Source: Gammaproteobacteria bacterium
GTDB lineage: Bacteria > Pseudomonadota > Gammaproteobacteria > UBA4575
Length of the DNA: 64,000 nucleotides
Assembly: GCA_965243395.1 (NCBI GenBank)
Contig: CBDEUS010000002.1
Coordinates: 107,444 to 171,443, forward strand
Direction of reading: 5' to 3'
Below the pieces are notes generated by a model, which was given only the letters and a program-made list of their open reading frames with translations, made no database searches and was not told the origin of the DNA. Shown piece by piece: positions 10,321 to 21,019 of this stretch (positions within the stretch are counted from its first letter, which is position 1; each line of letters opens with the position of its first letter). The position numbers and the translations under genes were made by a program.

Positions 10321-12300
10321 TTAGGCAGCAATACTATTAATATTTTCTACAGTATATCGATCATCAATTGGCAAAGTAAAAATAAATGTAGATCCTTCGT
10401 TTGGTTTTGATTCTAATGTGATTTTTCCCCCATGTCGCTCAACTATTTTCTTACAAATAGACAATCCAATCCCTGTGCCAGGATATTTATCTCGTGTGTG
10501 TAATCGCTCAAATATTAAGAATATTTTTTCATGATGTTTTTCTTCTATACCAACACCATTGTCTGTTATATAAAACTTCCAATATTCAGATTCTTTGCAT
10601 GCTTTTATGTGGATTTTTGGTGGCTTACTGAGATTATACTTAATGGCATTACTTATAATATTTTGAAAAACAGTTTTTATTTGCACTGGATCAGCGTAAA
10701 TAGTTGGCATTTCATCCCATGAAATCAAAGAATATGTTTCATTAATTTTAATTTTCAGATCATTTTTAATCTGACGCAAAATTTTCTCAATCCATATGGA
10801 TTCCTTTGGTGTATTTTGTGTATCTACACGAGAAAACTTTAATAACCCGTCAATTAGTGATTCCATTCTTGAGCAACCTGATAGAACATAATCAATGAAT
10901 TTATCCGCATCTTTATCTAATTCATTTGAATATCGTTTTGATAATAACTTTGAATAACTGCTTATAGCTCGTAATGGTTCTTGCAAGTCATGAGAGGCTA
11001 CATAAGCAAATAAACTAAGATCTTCATTTGACCTTTTCAGCAATATTGATTGTTTTCTTAACTTCTCGTTTATAACTTTTCGTTCTGAAATTTGATTTTT
11101 TAATGTATCTAGTGCAAGAGATAACTTCGAAAATTCATCATTACCCGAGGTGTCGATCTCAAAGTTTAAATTTTCTTTAGATAACATGTTTGTCACATCA
11201 GATAAATTTGAGAGTCTCAATACAATATCTTTATAAACAAATTTAACTATAATGAATATGAAAATAATAATTGATAAAAGAGCAATTAAATAAAAAATAT
11301 ACTTGCTAGTTAAAATTGTATTACTTAAAGTATTTGCTGAATTTTCAGTACTATCTTTTACAGATTCACTCAATTGATTTACATTTTCATTTATTTTTTT
11401 TGTCAATAAGAAATTTTCTCCGTGAATTTCGTATACTTTTTTATGTGTATTAATTAAATTTAGTTTTAATTCAAATATGTCAGGTGTATCTTGCCCATAT
11501 TTAATTAATGTTAAGATGTGTTTGCCTAATACATCTTGTAGCTGAAGCTCTTTATTGCTCACAACTTCTCTGGTAATCGCCCTCAGCGAATGATCAAATT
11601 CCTGCTCAATTCCTAAAACACTATTCCGAGTACTAGCCTCGTCAATCACTATCAAGTCTTTACGCAATTCAGCAGATCTGGCTATTAAATCAGAAATAAC
11701 TTCAAGATTTAAAATGCTAGTCGTTGTATATTTCTCATATTCCTTTTTATTACGTATTTCCTTTGTATGCTCAGAAATATCTGCTTTTACATTAATTTTC
11801 TTTAGTGATATTAATTGAGTTAATTTTTCTAATGCTTCACGCATCAAAATTGTTTCATTATTATAATTAATTTGACGTTGTAAATTACTAGCTAACGCAT
11901 TGTATTCAAGATTCAAATTAACTTCCAAGATAAGTAGCGTAGATTTTACATTTTTAATTATTTCACTATATTGCAAATTATTTTTTAAGCCCTCAAGTTC
12001 GATATGCATATTATGAATAGATTCAAAAGATTCATCTGTTCTTGTATTTAATTCATATATTGTTTTTGATTCACTCATTTTGATAGTTGACTGTGCAAGA
12101 TCATGTGCATACGTAGACATGGTATTTACACTAACAAGCGCGGGGATAGAAGAATCAGTTAATGCATATTTAGATTCTTCAATTTTACGCAATATTACAC
12201 TTGAAATAATTACAGTAATAATAACTAAAAATAATCCTATTGAAAAAAATAGGATTAGCTTTTGACTAATCTCAAAAGAATTAAACTTATTTAAAAGCAT
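10321..12300 (-). CDS. sensor histidine kinase (HisKA + HATPase_c), membrane-anchored with long coiled-coil; no cognate response regulator in window
   Basis: H-box VASHDLQEPLR, G-boxes DNGVGI and GTGIGLSICK, N-terminal TMs. Confidence 0.8.
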   Translation of the reverse strand: MLLNKFNSFEISQKLILFFSIGLFLVIITVIISSVILRKIEESKYALTDSSIPALVSVNTMSTYAHDLAQSTIKMSESKTIYELNTRTDESFESIHNMHIELEGLKNNLQYSEIIKNVKSTLLILEVNLNLEYNALASNLQRQINYNNETILMREALEKLTQLISLKKINVKADISEHTKEIRNKKEYEKYTTTSILNLEVISDLIARSAELRKDLIVIDEASTRNSVLGIEQEFDHSLRAITREVVSNKELQLQDVLGKHILTLIKYGQDTPDIFELKLNLINTHKKVYEIHGENFLLTKKINENVNQLSESVKDSTENSANTLSNTILTSKYIFYLIALLSIIIFIFIIVKFVYKDIVLRLSNLSDVTNMLSKENLNFEIDTSGNDEFSKLSLALDTLKNQISERKVINEKLRKQSILLKRSNEDLSLFAYVASHDLQEPLRAISSYSKLLSKRYSNELDKDADKFIDYVLSGCSRMESLIDGLLKFSRVDTQNTPKESIWIEKILRQIKNDLKIKINETYSLISWDEMPTIYADPVQIKTVFQNIISNAIKYNLSKPPKIHIKACKESEYWKFYITDNGVGIEEKHHEKIFLIFERLHTRDKYPGTGIGLSICKKIVERHGGKITLESKPNEGSTFIFTLPIDDRYTVENINSIAA

Positions 12301-12507
12301 ATTAAAGAAAATACGAAAAGTGCCGACATACAGTGTACTTGCTTATAACTAAATTACATTGCTGCAAACCGATCGCGGAATAATGAAACAAAGTGTTTTC
12401 AAACTTGCACACAAATCCCTTGTATAAATATTTGAGTAGAAATTAAATTAGCCTTAAAAACTATAGACTATATAACGGCAATGAGTGTGAAAAATTGAGG
12501 TGGGAAA

Positions 12508-13983
12508 ATGAAATATAGCTTTTCAAAAAGTCGTCGAAATTTGATCAAAAATACTGTCTACGCAACAATAGCTTCGCAATTTTCATCTAATGCACTATTT
12601 GCAAGGTCTAACCAAGCTAAATTCATGCTTGAGAATTTAGATTCACAAATAGTAGAACGGGTTAAAAAGATGACAAACGGTAAAGCGTTATCTTTATCAA
12701 TTTTACAACCTAAAGGCTCGCTAGGAAATGTTAAACCTGTTGGGGATAAATTTTCACAACTAACAGGAGTAAAGGTAAATTATATTGAAGCATCACTTGA
12801 TGAAATAAATGTAAAGATACTATCTCAATCACTCTCTAATGAAACATATTTTGACATATCTCTTCCTGCTACTTTTGGATTACCTGATTTAATAGAAGCA
12901 GGTTCAATACGAGAATTAGATGAATTCGTTGAGAAATATGAACCGACTAATTTTGATAGTGAAATGCTTTATCCTATTGGGGATTCCTATAAAGGTAAAT
13001 TTTATGGATACCAAACTGATGGTGATACCTATTTAATGTTTTATAACAAAGTTTGGTTAGAAGATGAAACAGAACAAAATAATTTCTATGAAAAATATGG
13101 TTACCCGCTAGACACCCCTCAGACATGGGAACAACTTGATCAAATGATCGAATTTTTCCATCGGCCAGAGAAAAATATGTATGGTGGTGCTTTATATCGA
13201 AATAAAGATTACATTGCATGGGAATGGTGGACACGTTTTCACGCAAAAGGATATTATCCTTTTAATAATTTGCTACAACCACAAATTAACACACAAGAAG
13301 GTGTTGACGCTCTTTCAGAATTAATTAAAACAACAAAATACTTATACCCTCAATCTAAAACGAATGGACTCTTTGAAAATTGGGAAGCATTTGCAGAAGG
13401 AAATATGTTTTGCAACATTGGCTGGGGAGGAACTCAAAAGTACTTAAATGGACCTAAATCTAAAATTAAAGGTAAATTAGCTTTTGGACCTACTCCGGGT
13501 GGGATCGTAAATCATAAATTGCTGCATACCCCTTATTTCAACTGGGGATGGAATTACACAGTATCCAATTTTTCAAGACATCCTGAGATTGCATATTTAT
13601 TTACGCTTTATGCATGCAGCCCGAATATGTCTACAGAGGCTGTTAAATTTGCGGATGGTTATTTTGACCCATTTCGCAGCGAACATTACGTTAACAAAGA
13701 AATTATCAAAACCTACTCTGAGCCATTTTTAGCTGCACATAAATTTAGTATGGAGAATAGCATTCCTGATTTATATCTCTCAGGACAAGGAGAATATTGG
13801 GACATACTAAAAGAAAACATTGATCTAGCAGACCGTGGCACTCTTAGTCCCGAAATAGCATTAAATACAACGGCTAAAGCATGGAATCAAATTACTTCAC
13901 GATATGGTAAACAAGAACAGTTAGAACAGTGGCGTTTCTTAAAAAGTAAGTATCCAGAAAATATAAGAACTAAACTAATTTAG
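12508..13983 (+). CDS. periplasmic ABC-type solute-binding protein (family 1), Tat-like signal
   Basis: 491 aa, N-terminal SRRNLIK twin-arginine-like signal; divergent from the kinase. Confidence 0.65.
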   Translation: MKYSFSKSRRNLIKNTVYATIASQFSSNALFARSNQAKFMLENLDSQIVERVKKMTNGKALSLSILQPKGSLGNVKPVGDKFSQLTGVKVNYIEASLDEINVKILSQSLSNETYFDISLPATFGLPDLIEAGSIRELDEFVEKYEPTNFDSEMLYPIGDSYKGKFYGYQTDGDTYLMFYNKVWLEDETEQNNFYEKYGYPLDTPQTWEQLDQMIEFFHRPEKNMYGGALYRNKDYIAWEWWTRFHAKGYYPFNNLLQPQINTQEGVDALSELIKTTKYLYPQSKTNGLFENWEAFAEGNMFCNIGWGGTQKYLNGPKSKIKGKLAFGPTPGGIVNHKLLHTPYFNWGWNYTVSNFSRHPEIAYLFTLYACSPNMSTEAVKFADGYFDPFRSEHYVNKEIIKTYSEPFLAAHKFSMENSIPDLYLSGQGEYWDILKENIDLADRGTLSPEIALNTTAKAWNQITSRYGKQEQLEQWRFLKSKYPENIRTKLI

Positions 13984-14004
13984 TCCAGTAACTTTCAAAT
14001 TTAA

Positions 14005-14049
14005 TGGTAGCCAGCGGCAGAATCGAACTGCCGACATGAGGATTTTCAG
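14005..14049 (-). repeat. direct repeat 1: 3' half of a tRNA-Phe(GAA) gene (anticodon loop to CCA), att-site remnant
   Basis: minus strand reads CTGAAAATCCTCATGTCGGCAGTTCGATTCTGCCGCTGGCTACCA: Phe anticodon loop, GTGTC-type variable loop, T-arm and acceptor 3' strand, no 5' half; 42/45 identical to 47417-47461. Confidence 0.75.
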
Positions 14050-14510
14050 AATCACCCGAAATTATTCTCATCTAATAATACCAGTTTCCTCAATCTCAAT
14101 TATGTGGATAAGAGTATCACCAAACAGCTTTGCACTTTGTCAGTACATGTGTATGCGCGTGTTAGATGTCACTATTAACAATGGTATATAACAGAGAAGC
14201 AACAGCCACGTACAACTAAGCAGTAGCTATCACATTTGAGTAAAAAGCTCTTTTGGAAGTTTTATCGTTCTCTGCTTTTGCATGCTTAGTACCCATATGA
14301 GCTGTAAGAGCTAGATCATATGCTCTTATATTACTTTACAAATTTTATTTACGTAAAAGTATGTTCATCGTTAAAAAATGTCCGTTTATTTCTAAAACGA
14401 TGCCATATAACTCTATTTGGCTGGTGAATTATGACTCTACAAGAAGAATAAATTTTTATTCGTTCCTGCCGATAAATTCTTAATTCAATTTACTTTCTAG
14501 CAACAACACA

Positions 14511-15980
14511 ATGAATACAATCAAACTTATTGCTTTATCACTTTTTTCTTTATTTATTCTATTTCCTTTTAATGCGTACGCAGCAACTGCATCACATGAA
14601 ATACAAAATTTTACGACGCACTGGGCTGGAATTCTTGCATTAGTTATATTTGCAATTTCTTATTCTCTGGTAATTTTTGAAGAGCAATTACACTTAAGAA
14701 AATCCAAACCAGTACTTGTTTCTGCCGGTATAGTTTGGCTAATAGTTGCACTTGTATACATATCACATGGAGACACTCATACAGCTGAAGTATTAGTTCG
14801 TCATAATATTCTTGAGTTTGCAGAGTTGTTTTTATTCTTACTCGCTGCAATGACATTTATTAATACAATGTACGAGCGGGGGATATTTGACTGGCTGCGT
14901 GCATGGATGTTGAAAAAAGGATTTAGTCTACGAGGTGTGTTTTGGGCAACAGGTGTTGTTTCATTTTTCCTTTCACCCATAGCGGATAACCTTACAACAG
15001 CTTTACTTATGGCCACCGTCGCCATGGCTGTGGGTGGCACCAATATCAAGTTCACAAGTATCGCTTGTGTCAATATTGTCGTTGCCGCAAATGCCGGTGG
15101 TGCATTCAGCCCATTTGGTGATATCACCACATTAATGGTTTGGCAAAAAGGAATCGTTGAGTTCCAAGAGTTCTTTGTATTATTCATTCCATCAGTGGTG
15201 AATTGGATAATACCTGCAGTAATTTTAAGTTTCTTCATTTCTAACTCAAAACCAGAAAGTGTTCATAAAGAAGTCGTACTACGACAAGGTGCATGGATTG
15301 TAGTAATTTTATTTTTACTAACGATTGCAATGGCTGTATGCACACATAACTTCTTACACCTCCCTCCTGTCCTCGGCATGATGACAGGCTTAGGAATACT
15401 CAAGTTTTTTGGGTATTACTTAAAAATGACAGACAAAGACTCATTTGAAGGAGAAGGAATTGATGAGATTGAAGACGAAGCACTAGATATTGAAGATGAT
15501 GCGACACCAGTAGAATATGAACAAAAAAGACTGCATGAAAAATTTGATATATTCAAATCGATAGAACGTGCCGAGTGGGACACCCTCATGTTTTTTTACG
15601 GTGTTATTTTAAGCGTAGGTGGATTGGGTGCACTGGGTTACATGGCGCTAGGATCCGAATTAATGTATGAAGGGTTAGGTGCTACGAATGCAAATATTCT
15701 TGTAGGTTTCCTTTCTGCATTATTCGACAACATCCCAGTGATGTTTGCGGTACTCGCCATGGAACCGGCAATGAGCCATGGTCAATGGCTGCTTGTAACT
15801 TTAACCGCCGGTGTCGGTGGCTCTATGCTTTCTATTGGGTCGGCTGCAGGCGTTGCCGTAATGGGACAAGCACGCGGAATTTATACATTCTTTGCACATT
15901 TGAAATGGTCTTGGGCCATAGCACTCGGTTATGCCGCAAGTATATGGACACATTTTCTAGTGAATGGAAATTTATTTTAG
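14511..15980 (+). CDS. NhaD/ArsB-superfamily ion transporter (NhaD-like Na+/H+ antiporter)
   Basis: 489 aa, signal-like N-terminus, multiple TMs, SPFGDITT motif, central acidic loop. Confidence 0.6.
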   Translation: MNTIKLIALSLFSLFILFPFNAYAATASHEIQNFTTHWAGILALVIFAISYSLVIFEEQLHLRKSKPVLVSAGIVWLIVALVYISHGDTHTAEVLVRHNILEFAELFLFLLAAMTFINTMYERGIFDWLRAWMLKKGFSLRGVFWATGVVSFFLSPIADNLTTALLMATVAMAVGGTNIKFTSIACVNIVVAANAGGAFSPFGDITTLMVWQKGIVEFQEFFVLFIPSVVNWIIPAVILSFFISNSKPESVHKEVVLRQGAWIVVILFLLTIAMAVCTHNFLHLPPVLGMMTGLGILKFFGYYLKMTDKDSFEGEGIDEIEDEALDIEDDATPVEYEQKRLHEKFDIFKSIERAEWDTLMFFYGVILSVGGLGALGYMALGSELMYEGLGATNANILVGFLSALFDNIPVMFAVLAMEPAMSHGQWLLVTLTAGVGGSMLSIGSAAGVAVMGQARGIYTFFAHLKWSWAIALGYAASIWTHFLVNGNLF

Positions 15981-15998
15981 CGATTAAAATTAATACTA

Positions 15999-16805
15999 AT
16001 GGTTAATCTAGATAATAATATTAAGAAAAAGAAGCTGAGTAAAAAATACTACCAAAAAGAATTACTACACTTACAAAAAGAACTCATCAAATTACAAGAA
16101 TGGGTAAAACAAGAAAAATTACGTGTAGTAGTAGTATTTGAAGGACGCGATGCTGCGGGTAAAGGCGGTGTAATTAAACGCATTATGCAACACCTAAACC
16201 CACGTATATGTCATATTGTTGCACTCGGCACCCCTAGCGATCGTGAACGCAGTCAGTGGTATTTTCAACGCTATGTTGCGCATCTTCCTGCTGCCGGAGA
16301 AATCATGCTATTTGATCGCAGCTGGTACAACCGTGCAGGTGTGGAACGCGTAATGGAGTTTTGTAATGATGATGAATATTGGCAGTTTTTACGCGACTGT
16401 CCTCAGTTTGAAAGAATGTTAATTCAATCTGGCATCATTCTTCGAAAATATTGGTTCTCGGTCAGCAACGAAGAACAAGAACGTCGTTTTCAAGCAAGAA
16501 ATAATGAGCCAACTAAACGCTGGAAACTCAGCCCAATGGATATTGAAGCACGCAACCGGTGGAATGACTATTCACGCGCCAAAGACATTATGTTCGATCA
16601 TACAGATATTCGTGAAGCACCTTGGCATATTGTTGATGCAGATAATAAAAAACGTGCACGTCTAAATTGTATAAGCCATCTACTTAGTTCAATTGACTAC
16701 AAAGATCTAACACCAAAAGTGTCTAAGCTACCGACACGCGTTATAAAGAACAACTATGTCCGTGCACCTATAAATAAAAATAATCTTGTTGACCAAGGTT
16801 ATTAA
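15999..16805 (+). CDS. ppk2: polyphosphate kinase 2 family protein
   Basis: Walker A GRDAAGKGG, PPK2 core VVVFEGRDAAGKGGVIKRIMQHLNPR, lid region FDRSWYNR. Confidence 0.8.
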   Translation: MVNLDNNIKKKKLSKKYYQKELLHLQKELIKLQEWVKQEKLRVVVVFEGRDAAGKGGVIKRIMQHLNPRICHIVALGTPSDRERSQWYFQRYVAHLPAAGEIMLFDRSWYNRAGVERVMEFCNDDEYWQFLRDCPQFERMLIQSGIILRKYWFSVSNEEQERRFQARNNEPTKRWKLSPMDIEARNRWNDYSRAKDIMFDHTDIREAPWHIVDADNKKRARLNCISHLLSSIDYKDLTPKVSKLPTRVIKNNYVRAPINKNNLVDQGY

Positions 16806-16929
16806 CTTTTTTAGATCAAACTTTTGGATGTCAGTGTTTAAGCTGAAATGTTAACTCTTCTTTTAATTGCGAATAGAAGATCTTCTATCCTCTATTCCTG
16901 AGTATATTGATAAGGGGAACACCAATCCT

Positions 16930-16966
16930 CATAGCTCTATGTGCTAAAAGATGACACATAGAGCTT
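16930..16966. terminator. hairpin between convergent ppk2 and flotillin genes
   Basis: inverted repeat CATAGCTCTATGTG...CACATAGAGCT; flanks not strongly T-rich. Confidence 0.35.
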
Positions 16967-17038
16967 ATTGAATAGTAGCATTTGAATCTTACATAAAATG
17001 TATAAGCAGTAAGCTGCATAAGACTAAATAAAAATTAT

Positions 17039-18808
17039 TTAATCGCTATGGTTTTCGCCATTAGTTACTTTTTGTTTTCTTGCTAGCGATTGCGTAAGTC
17101 CATTTAGACTTTCACCATCAATACCAATTTCACTTAACAAGGAATCAACAATTGGGGACTGCACTTTATATTTAAGCGCACTGTTTACGACTTGGTCTGC
17201 AAGATTGGAGTCATCACCTTTACCTGTCCCAGATGACCCATTCCCATTTCCACCACTACCGATAGAATTTAAACCATCAATTTGCATGATTTTAATTCCA
17301 TCAATTTGTTCCATTGGTTTAACACTTTCACGAATGATGTCTGGCATATGTTTAACAATTGCCATTTTCACCTGCATTTCAATTTGCTCTGCAGATAAAA
17401 TATTACTTGCTTCATTGATAGAACGCTTACCTTCTGCATCGACCATATAGCGCATTTTGGCGGCATCAGCAGCAAGCTTTTCAGCATCTGCTGCACCTTG
17501 TGCCTCTATTCTTGCGCTATCTGAATCACCGACTGCTAGAGTTCGTACTGCCTCTGCCTTATCTTCGGCAGCTTGCTTTTCCGCCTCAGCAGCAACTGTG
17601 ACAGTAATTGCTTCACGTTCTGCAATCTTTCTAGCTTCAATTAATTCGATTTGTTTTTGTCGATCTGCAATTTCCTGTTCTTGTGCTGTAACTACTCGCT
17701 CTTCTTCTTTTACGGCTTCTGCCCGTGCAATAGAGGCAGCAGCTTCGGCTTCAGATGTTTCCCTGGATTTCTCAGCAATCACAATAGCCCGATCTTGCTC
17801 GGCAAGTTCAACAGTTTTTATCTTATCGATGTCAGTAGTTTCAATTGCTTTGGCTTTTTGAATATCTTTTTCTTTGATTTGTCTATCTTTCTCGATTCTT
17901 TCTTCTTCAACAGCTCGTTCAGCAAGAATATTTGCTAAGTCTATTTTTTGTTGGGCAGTAATTTGTGCTTCTTCAGCTTCACGTTTTTTTCTAGCTTGTT
18001 CTGAAGCAATTTCCGCAGACTGGGCGGCTCTTTGTATTTCAATTTCACGCTGTTGTTCTAATCTTGCATATTCTTCTTCTTTACCAATTTCAAGCTTTTG
18101 TCTTTCAGCCTCAAGATCCTTAGTTTTTATAGCAACCATAGTATCTTGCTCTATTTCGTTCCTGCGCTTTTTACGTACTTCAATTTCTTCTGTAAGTTTT
18201 GTGAGACCCTCTGCATCAAATGCATTGTTAGGATTAAAATACTCTTTGCTTGTTTGGTCTAATCCAGTCAATGAGACAGCCTCTAATTCTAAACCGTTTT
18301 TAAGTAAGTCTTCTGATACTACTTGTTGCACTTTTTGAACAAAGTCCACACGTTGTTCATGTAACTCTGTCATCGCCATTTCGGCCGCAACAGCTCGCAA
18401 TGCATCAACAAACTTACCTTCTACTAAATCTCTCAATGAGTCTGGCTTCATCGTGCGTAAACCAAGAGTTTGTGCAGCATAAGCTATAGATTCTTGATTT
18501 GGCTTAACACGAACATAGAACTCTGCTAACACGTCTACTCTCATTCTATCTCTTGTAATCAATGCTTGTTCATTTGCGCGTCTTACTTCTAAGCGCAAAG
18601 TATTCATGTTAACGGGAATGATTTCATGGAGAACTGGAAACACTAATGCACCTCCATTCATTACAACCTTTTGGCCGCCAAAACCTGTTCGCACAAAAGA
18701 TACTTCTTTTGATGATCTTTTATATAAGCGCGCAAAAATTAAACCAATTGCAAAAAAAGCAAAAAGAATTATTCCCGCATAAATAACAATGTCATATAGT
18801 TGATACAT
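17039..18808 (-). CDS. flotillin-like SPFH/band-7 protein with long coiled-coil (YqiK-type)
   Basis: N-terminal TM plus SPFH domain, then ~350 aa E/A/K/Q-rich coiled-coil. Confidence 0.75.
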   Translation of the reverse strand: MYQLYDIVIYAGIILFAFFAIGLIFARLYKRSSKEVSFVRTGFGGQKVVMNGGALVFPVLHEIIPVNMNTLRLEVRRANEQALITRDRMRVDVLAEFYVRVKPNQESIAYAAQTLGLRTMKPDSLRDLVEGKFVDALRAVAAEMAMTELHEQRVDFVQKVQQVVSEDLLKNGLELEAVSLTGLDQTSKEYFNPNNAFDAEGLTKLTEEIEVRKKRRNEIEQDTMVAIKTKDLEAERQKLEIGKEEEYARLEQQREIEIQRAAQSAEIASEQARKKREAEEAQITAQQKIDLANILAERAVEEERIEKDRQIKEKDIQKAKAIETTDIDKIKTVELAEQDRAIVIAEKSRETSEAEAAASIARAEAVKEEERVVTAQEQEIADRQKQIELIEARKIAEREAITVTVAAEAEKQAAEDKAEAVRTLAVGDSDSARIEAQGAADAEKLAADAAKMRYMVDAEGKRSINEASNILSAEQIEMQVKMAIVKHMPDIIRESVKPMEQIDGIKIMQIDGLNSIGSGGNGNGSSGTGKGDDSNLADQVVNSALKYKVQSPIVDSLLSEIGIDGESLNGLTQSLARKQKVTNGENHSD

Positions 18809-18821
18809 ATAATGCCCCTTA

Positions 18822-19478
18822 TCAATTTTCGAGAGATTTGTTCGGATTGCGAATTACTTTAAAAACACTTCCTGATTTACTTACTATTAGTACTTTTTCA
18901 CCTTGACTAATTGATTCATCACCATTGTCAGGCTCAACCATTACGTAATGTGTTTGGTTGTGAGAATCAATGAGCTTAGCCTCAGCTGGTGAACCTTTTT
19001 TTGCTGAGCCTAATGTTATTGTTGCTACTCTTCCTTTAAATGAATCTACTGATACAGCTTCAGTTTCATCTCTAGGCATAATCTTATTAATCAAACCGCC
19101 AAAAACTCTCATGCATGGTAATGCACCTAATACAGCTGGGATTGAAGCAAGTGGGCTTGGTAACAAGTGACCTGTCATTCCAATAGCACCCTTTTGAATA
19201 ATTAATCCAATTAAACCAAAAGCGGTCAAAAAGACTATTAATAAAACTAAAAATGGCACTTCTCCAATTCTTAACCATCCCAAGAAGTGTGATAACGTAG
19301 TGTTAGAATCTAAATTTGGACCATCAATATCGAAATCCATATCTGGTAACATAGATTCGAGAACGTTAGAAATCCCTAGACCAATTAATGCACCAACACC
19401 TTCTAAGGCAGCAATAAAAATCATTACTGCAATTGATACAGTAAAAGGAAGATTTTGAGCTTCTAGAAAAAAGTCCAT
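18822..19478 (-). CDS. NfeD/YqiJ-like membrane protein with C-terminal OB-fold
   Basis: 218 aa, N-terminal TMs, C-terminal beta-rich segment; immediately upstream of flotillin. Confidence 0.6.
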   Translation of the reverse strand: MDFFLEAQNLPFTVSIAVMIFIAALEGVGALIGLGISNVLESMLPDMDFDIDGPNLDSNTTLSHFLGWLRIGEVPFLVLLIVFLTAFGLIGLIIQKGAIGMTGHLLPSPLASIPAVLGALPCMRVFGGLINKIMPRDETEAVSVDSFKGRVATITLGSAKKGSPAEAKLIDSHNQTHYVMVEPDNGDESISQGEKVLIVSKSGSVFKVIRNPNKSLEN

Positions 19479-19493
19479 TTAAACCTTCTTCTC

Positions 19494-20180
19494 TTAGCCT
19501 TTTTTCTCAGCCTTAATTTTTGCCAAACGTTCTTTTATTCGATTTTGATGACTTAATTTATCAAGCTCTGCTATTTGTGCTGCAGTCTTTGTATCGGTAG
19601 TGCTTGATGAAGATGGTCCAATCCCGGTTCCTTTTTCCATAATTCGATCAAACGCTTCTTGAGCCTTCTCAACTTTTGCAACTACATCAGAGGAGCCGCT
19701 AATAGTTTTTCCATCTTCTTGCTTGGTTACAGTTTGCTTTCTACTTTCAACAAAGCTTCGAAGCTCTTCCCTCATCTCACGCTTTTTAGCTTTCAAAGCA
19801 ACAATATATCCTTCAAGCTCTTTTTCGCTTTCTGTTGCTTCAGTAATGCTTTTTTCTAATACTGGAATTTGTGCTTCAATATTTATCTGTTGTGCAATAG
19901 CTGCTTCTGCAAGATCATCACGCCCTTCATTAACAGCAAATTCAATTTTTTCAGATAAATCTTCATATTTTTTGTTTTCTTCCATCATTCTTTTATTCGC
20001 TAAATGACGGTTGGCTACTACAGTTCCTAATTCAGAGCGCACATCATATATTGCGCTGTCTATTTCTCTAATCGCTTCTTCCATCACTAGGTCTGGTGCA
20101 GAATTCTCTATAGAGTCAATGATTGCATTGATCCCACCACTCAAAATTCGCCCAACACGTGAACTAATACTTTCGCTCAT
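19494..20180 (-). CDS. PspA/IM30 family protein
   Basis: 228 aa all-helical, N-terminus like PspA (RVGRILSGGINAIIDSIEN...), heptad repeats. Confidence 0.7.
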   Translation of the reverse strand: MSESISSRVGRILSGGINAIIDSIENSAPDLVMEEAIREIDSAIYDVRSELGTVVANRHLANKRMMEENKKYEDLSEKIEFAVNEGRDDLAEAAIAQQINIEAQIPVLEKSITEATESEKELEGYIVALKAKKREMREELRSFVESRKQTVTKQEDGKTISGSSDVVAKVEKAQEAFDRIMEKGTGIGPSSSSTTDTKTAAQIAELDKLSHQNRIKERLAKIKAEKKG

Positions 20181-20182
20181 TA

Positions 20183-20689
20183 CTATGTCTCCTTAATTAA
20201 CTTCGTTTCATTGTCTAGCAAGCGTAATAGCTGTATGTATGTATTAAGCTTGTTTCTAAATATATTCTTTCGAGTAGTATTCGTACTTTGAATAACACCA
20301 AGATGAATCGTCCTCTCGAATAATCTTGATACCCGCTCCATCAATTCATTTTCAAATTCTTGACAACTTAATATGTTTTCCACATTTCTACCTGATGAAA
20401 TGAAGTAAGCTAATATTTCTGCTATTGAATCTCGAATAGGCTCTATAACTTGTGAGTAAGTGTTTTCATCATGCTGAACCTGTTTTATTTGCCTCGATAT
20501 AGGTAGTAAATAGTTCTCAATATTCGTCAGCACTTCACTGTAGTCACTACCGCTCAGATCAGATTTTCGTTTCTCTTTTATTATCGCTCGAATTTTGTCA
20601 CTTGGTGTTTTAGCACCTTCGATATCCAAATTAGCAATAAACTCAGCGTCTTCATGCGAAATTCGCACGCTTAGTGGAATAGTCTTCAT
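20183..20689 (-). CDS. hypothetical protein with N-terminal ribbon-helix-helix-like motif (candidate operon regulator)
   Basis: 168 aa; beta-strand-then-helices pattern LSVRISHEDAEFIANL; stop overlaps pspA-like start. Confidence 0.4.
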   Translation of the reverse strand: MKTIPLSVRISHEDAEFIANLDIEGAKTPSDKIRAIIKEKRKSDLSGSDYSEVLTNIENYLLPISRQIKQVQHDENTYSQVIEPIRDSIAEILAYFISSGRNVENILSCQEFENELMERVSRLFERTIHLGVIQSTNTTRKNIFRNKLNTYIQLLRLLDNETKLIKET

Positions 20690-20725
20690 TTACAGTAAAC
20701 ATGTGTATTCAAATAAATACCTATT

Positions 20726-20743
20726 GTATACATATGTATACAT
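20726..20743. promoter_or_regulatory. perfect 18-bp palindrome TGTATACATATGTATACA, candidate operator
   Basis: self-complementary 18-mer ~35 nt upstream of the RHH-pspA-nfeD-flotillin operon start. Confidence 0.45.
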
Positions 20744-21019
20744 TTGTCAACAAATATCATATGGGTACAACAAACCACAATAATACAAATAGTTACAAAT
20801 TATCTAAATAGCTAAAAATGACGCTCGACTGGAATTATTAAGTCTCTATCAGTTTTTGATCACACTGCAAAGACGGATATTGAGAAATAAACATTAAAAA
20901 TTTGAGTAGATTAAGGGAGATGTACTCCTCTAATCACCTCAGAATTGGCGTATTGATAACGACTAGTTAGTGAATACCACTTATCTGGATAAGAATATCC
21001 ACCTAATTTCCACCAAATT

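Noticed and set aside
17205-18338. Plus-strand Ser/Ala/Cys-rich ORFs (17457-17861, 17651-17938, 17874-18338) antisense to the flotillin gene
   Set aside because: Low-complexity translations produced by the antisense of a GAA/GCA-rich coiled-coil coding region; the minus-strand flotillin ORF is strongly supported.
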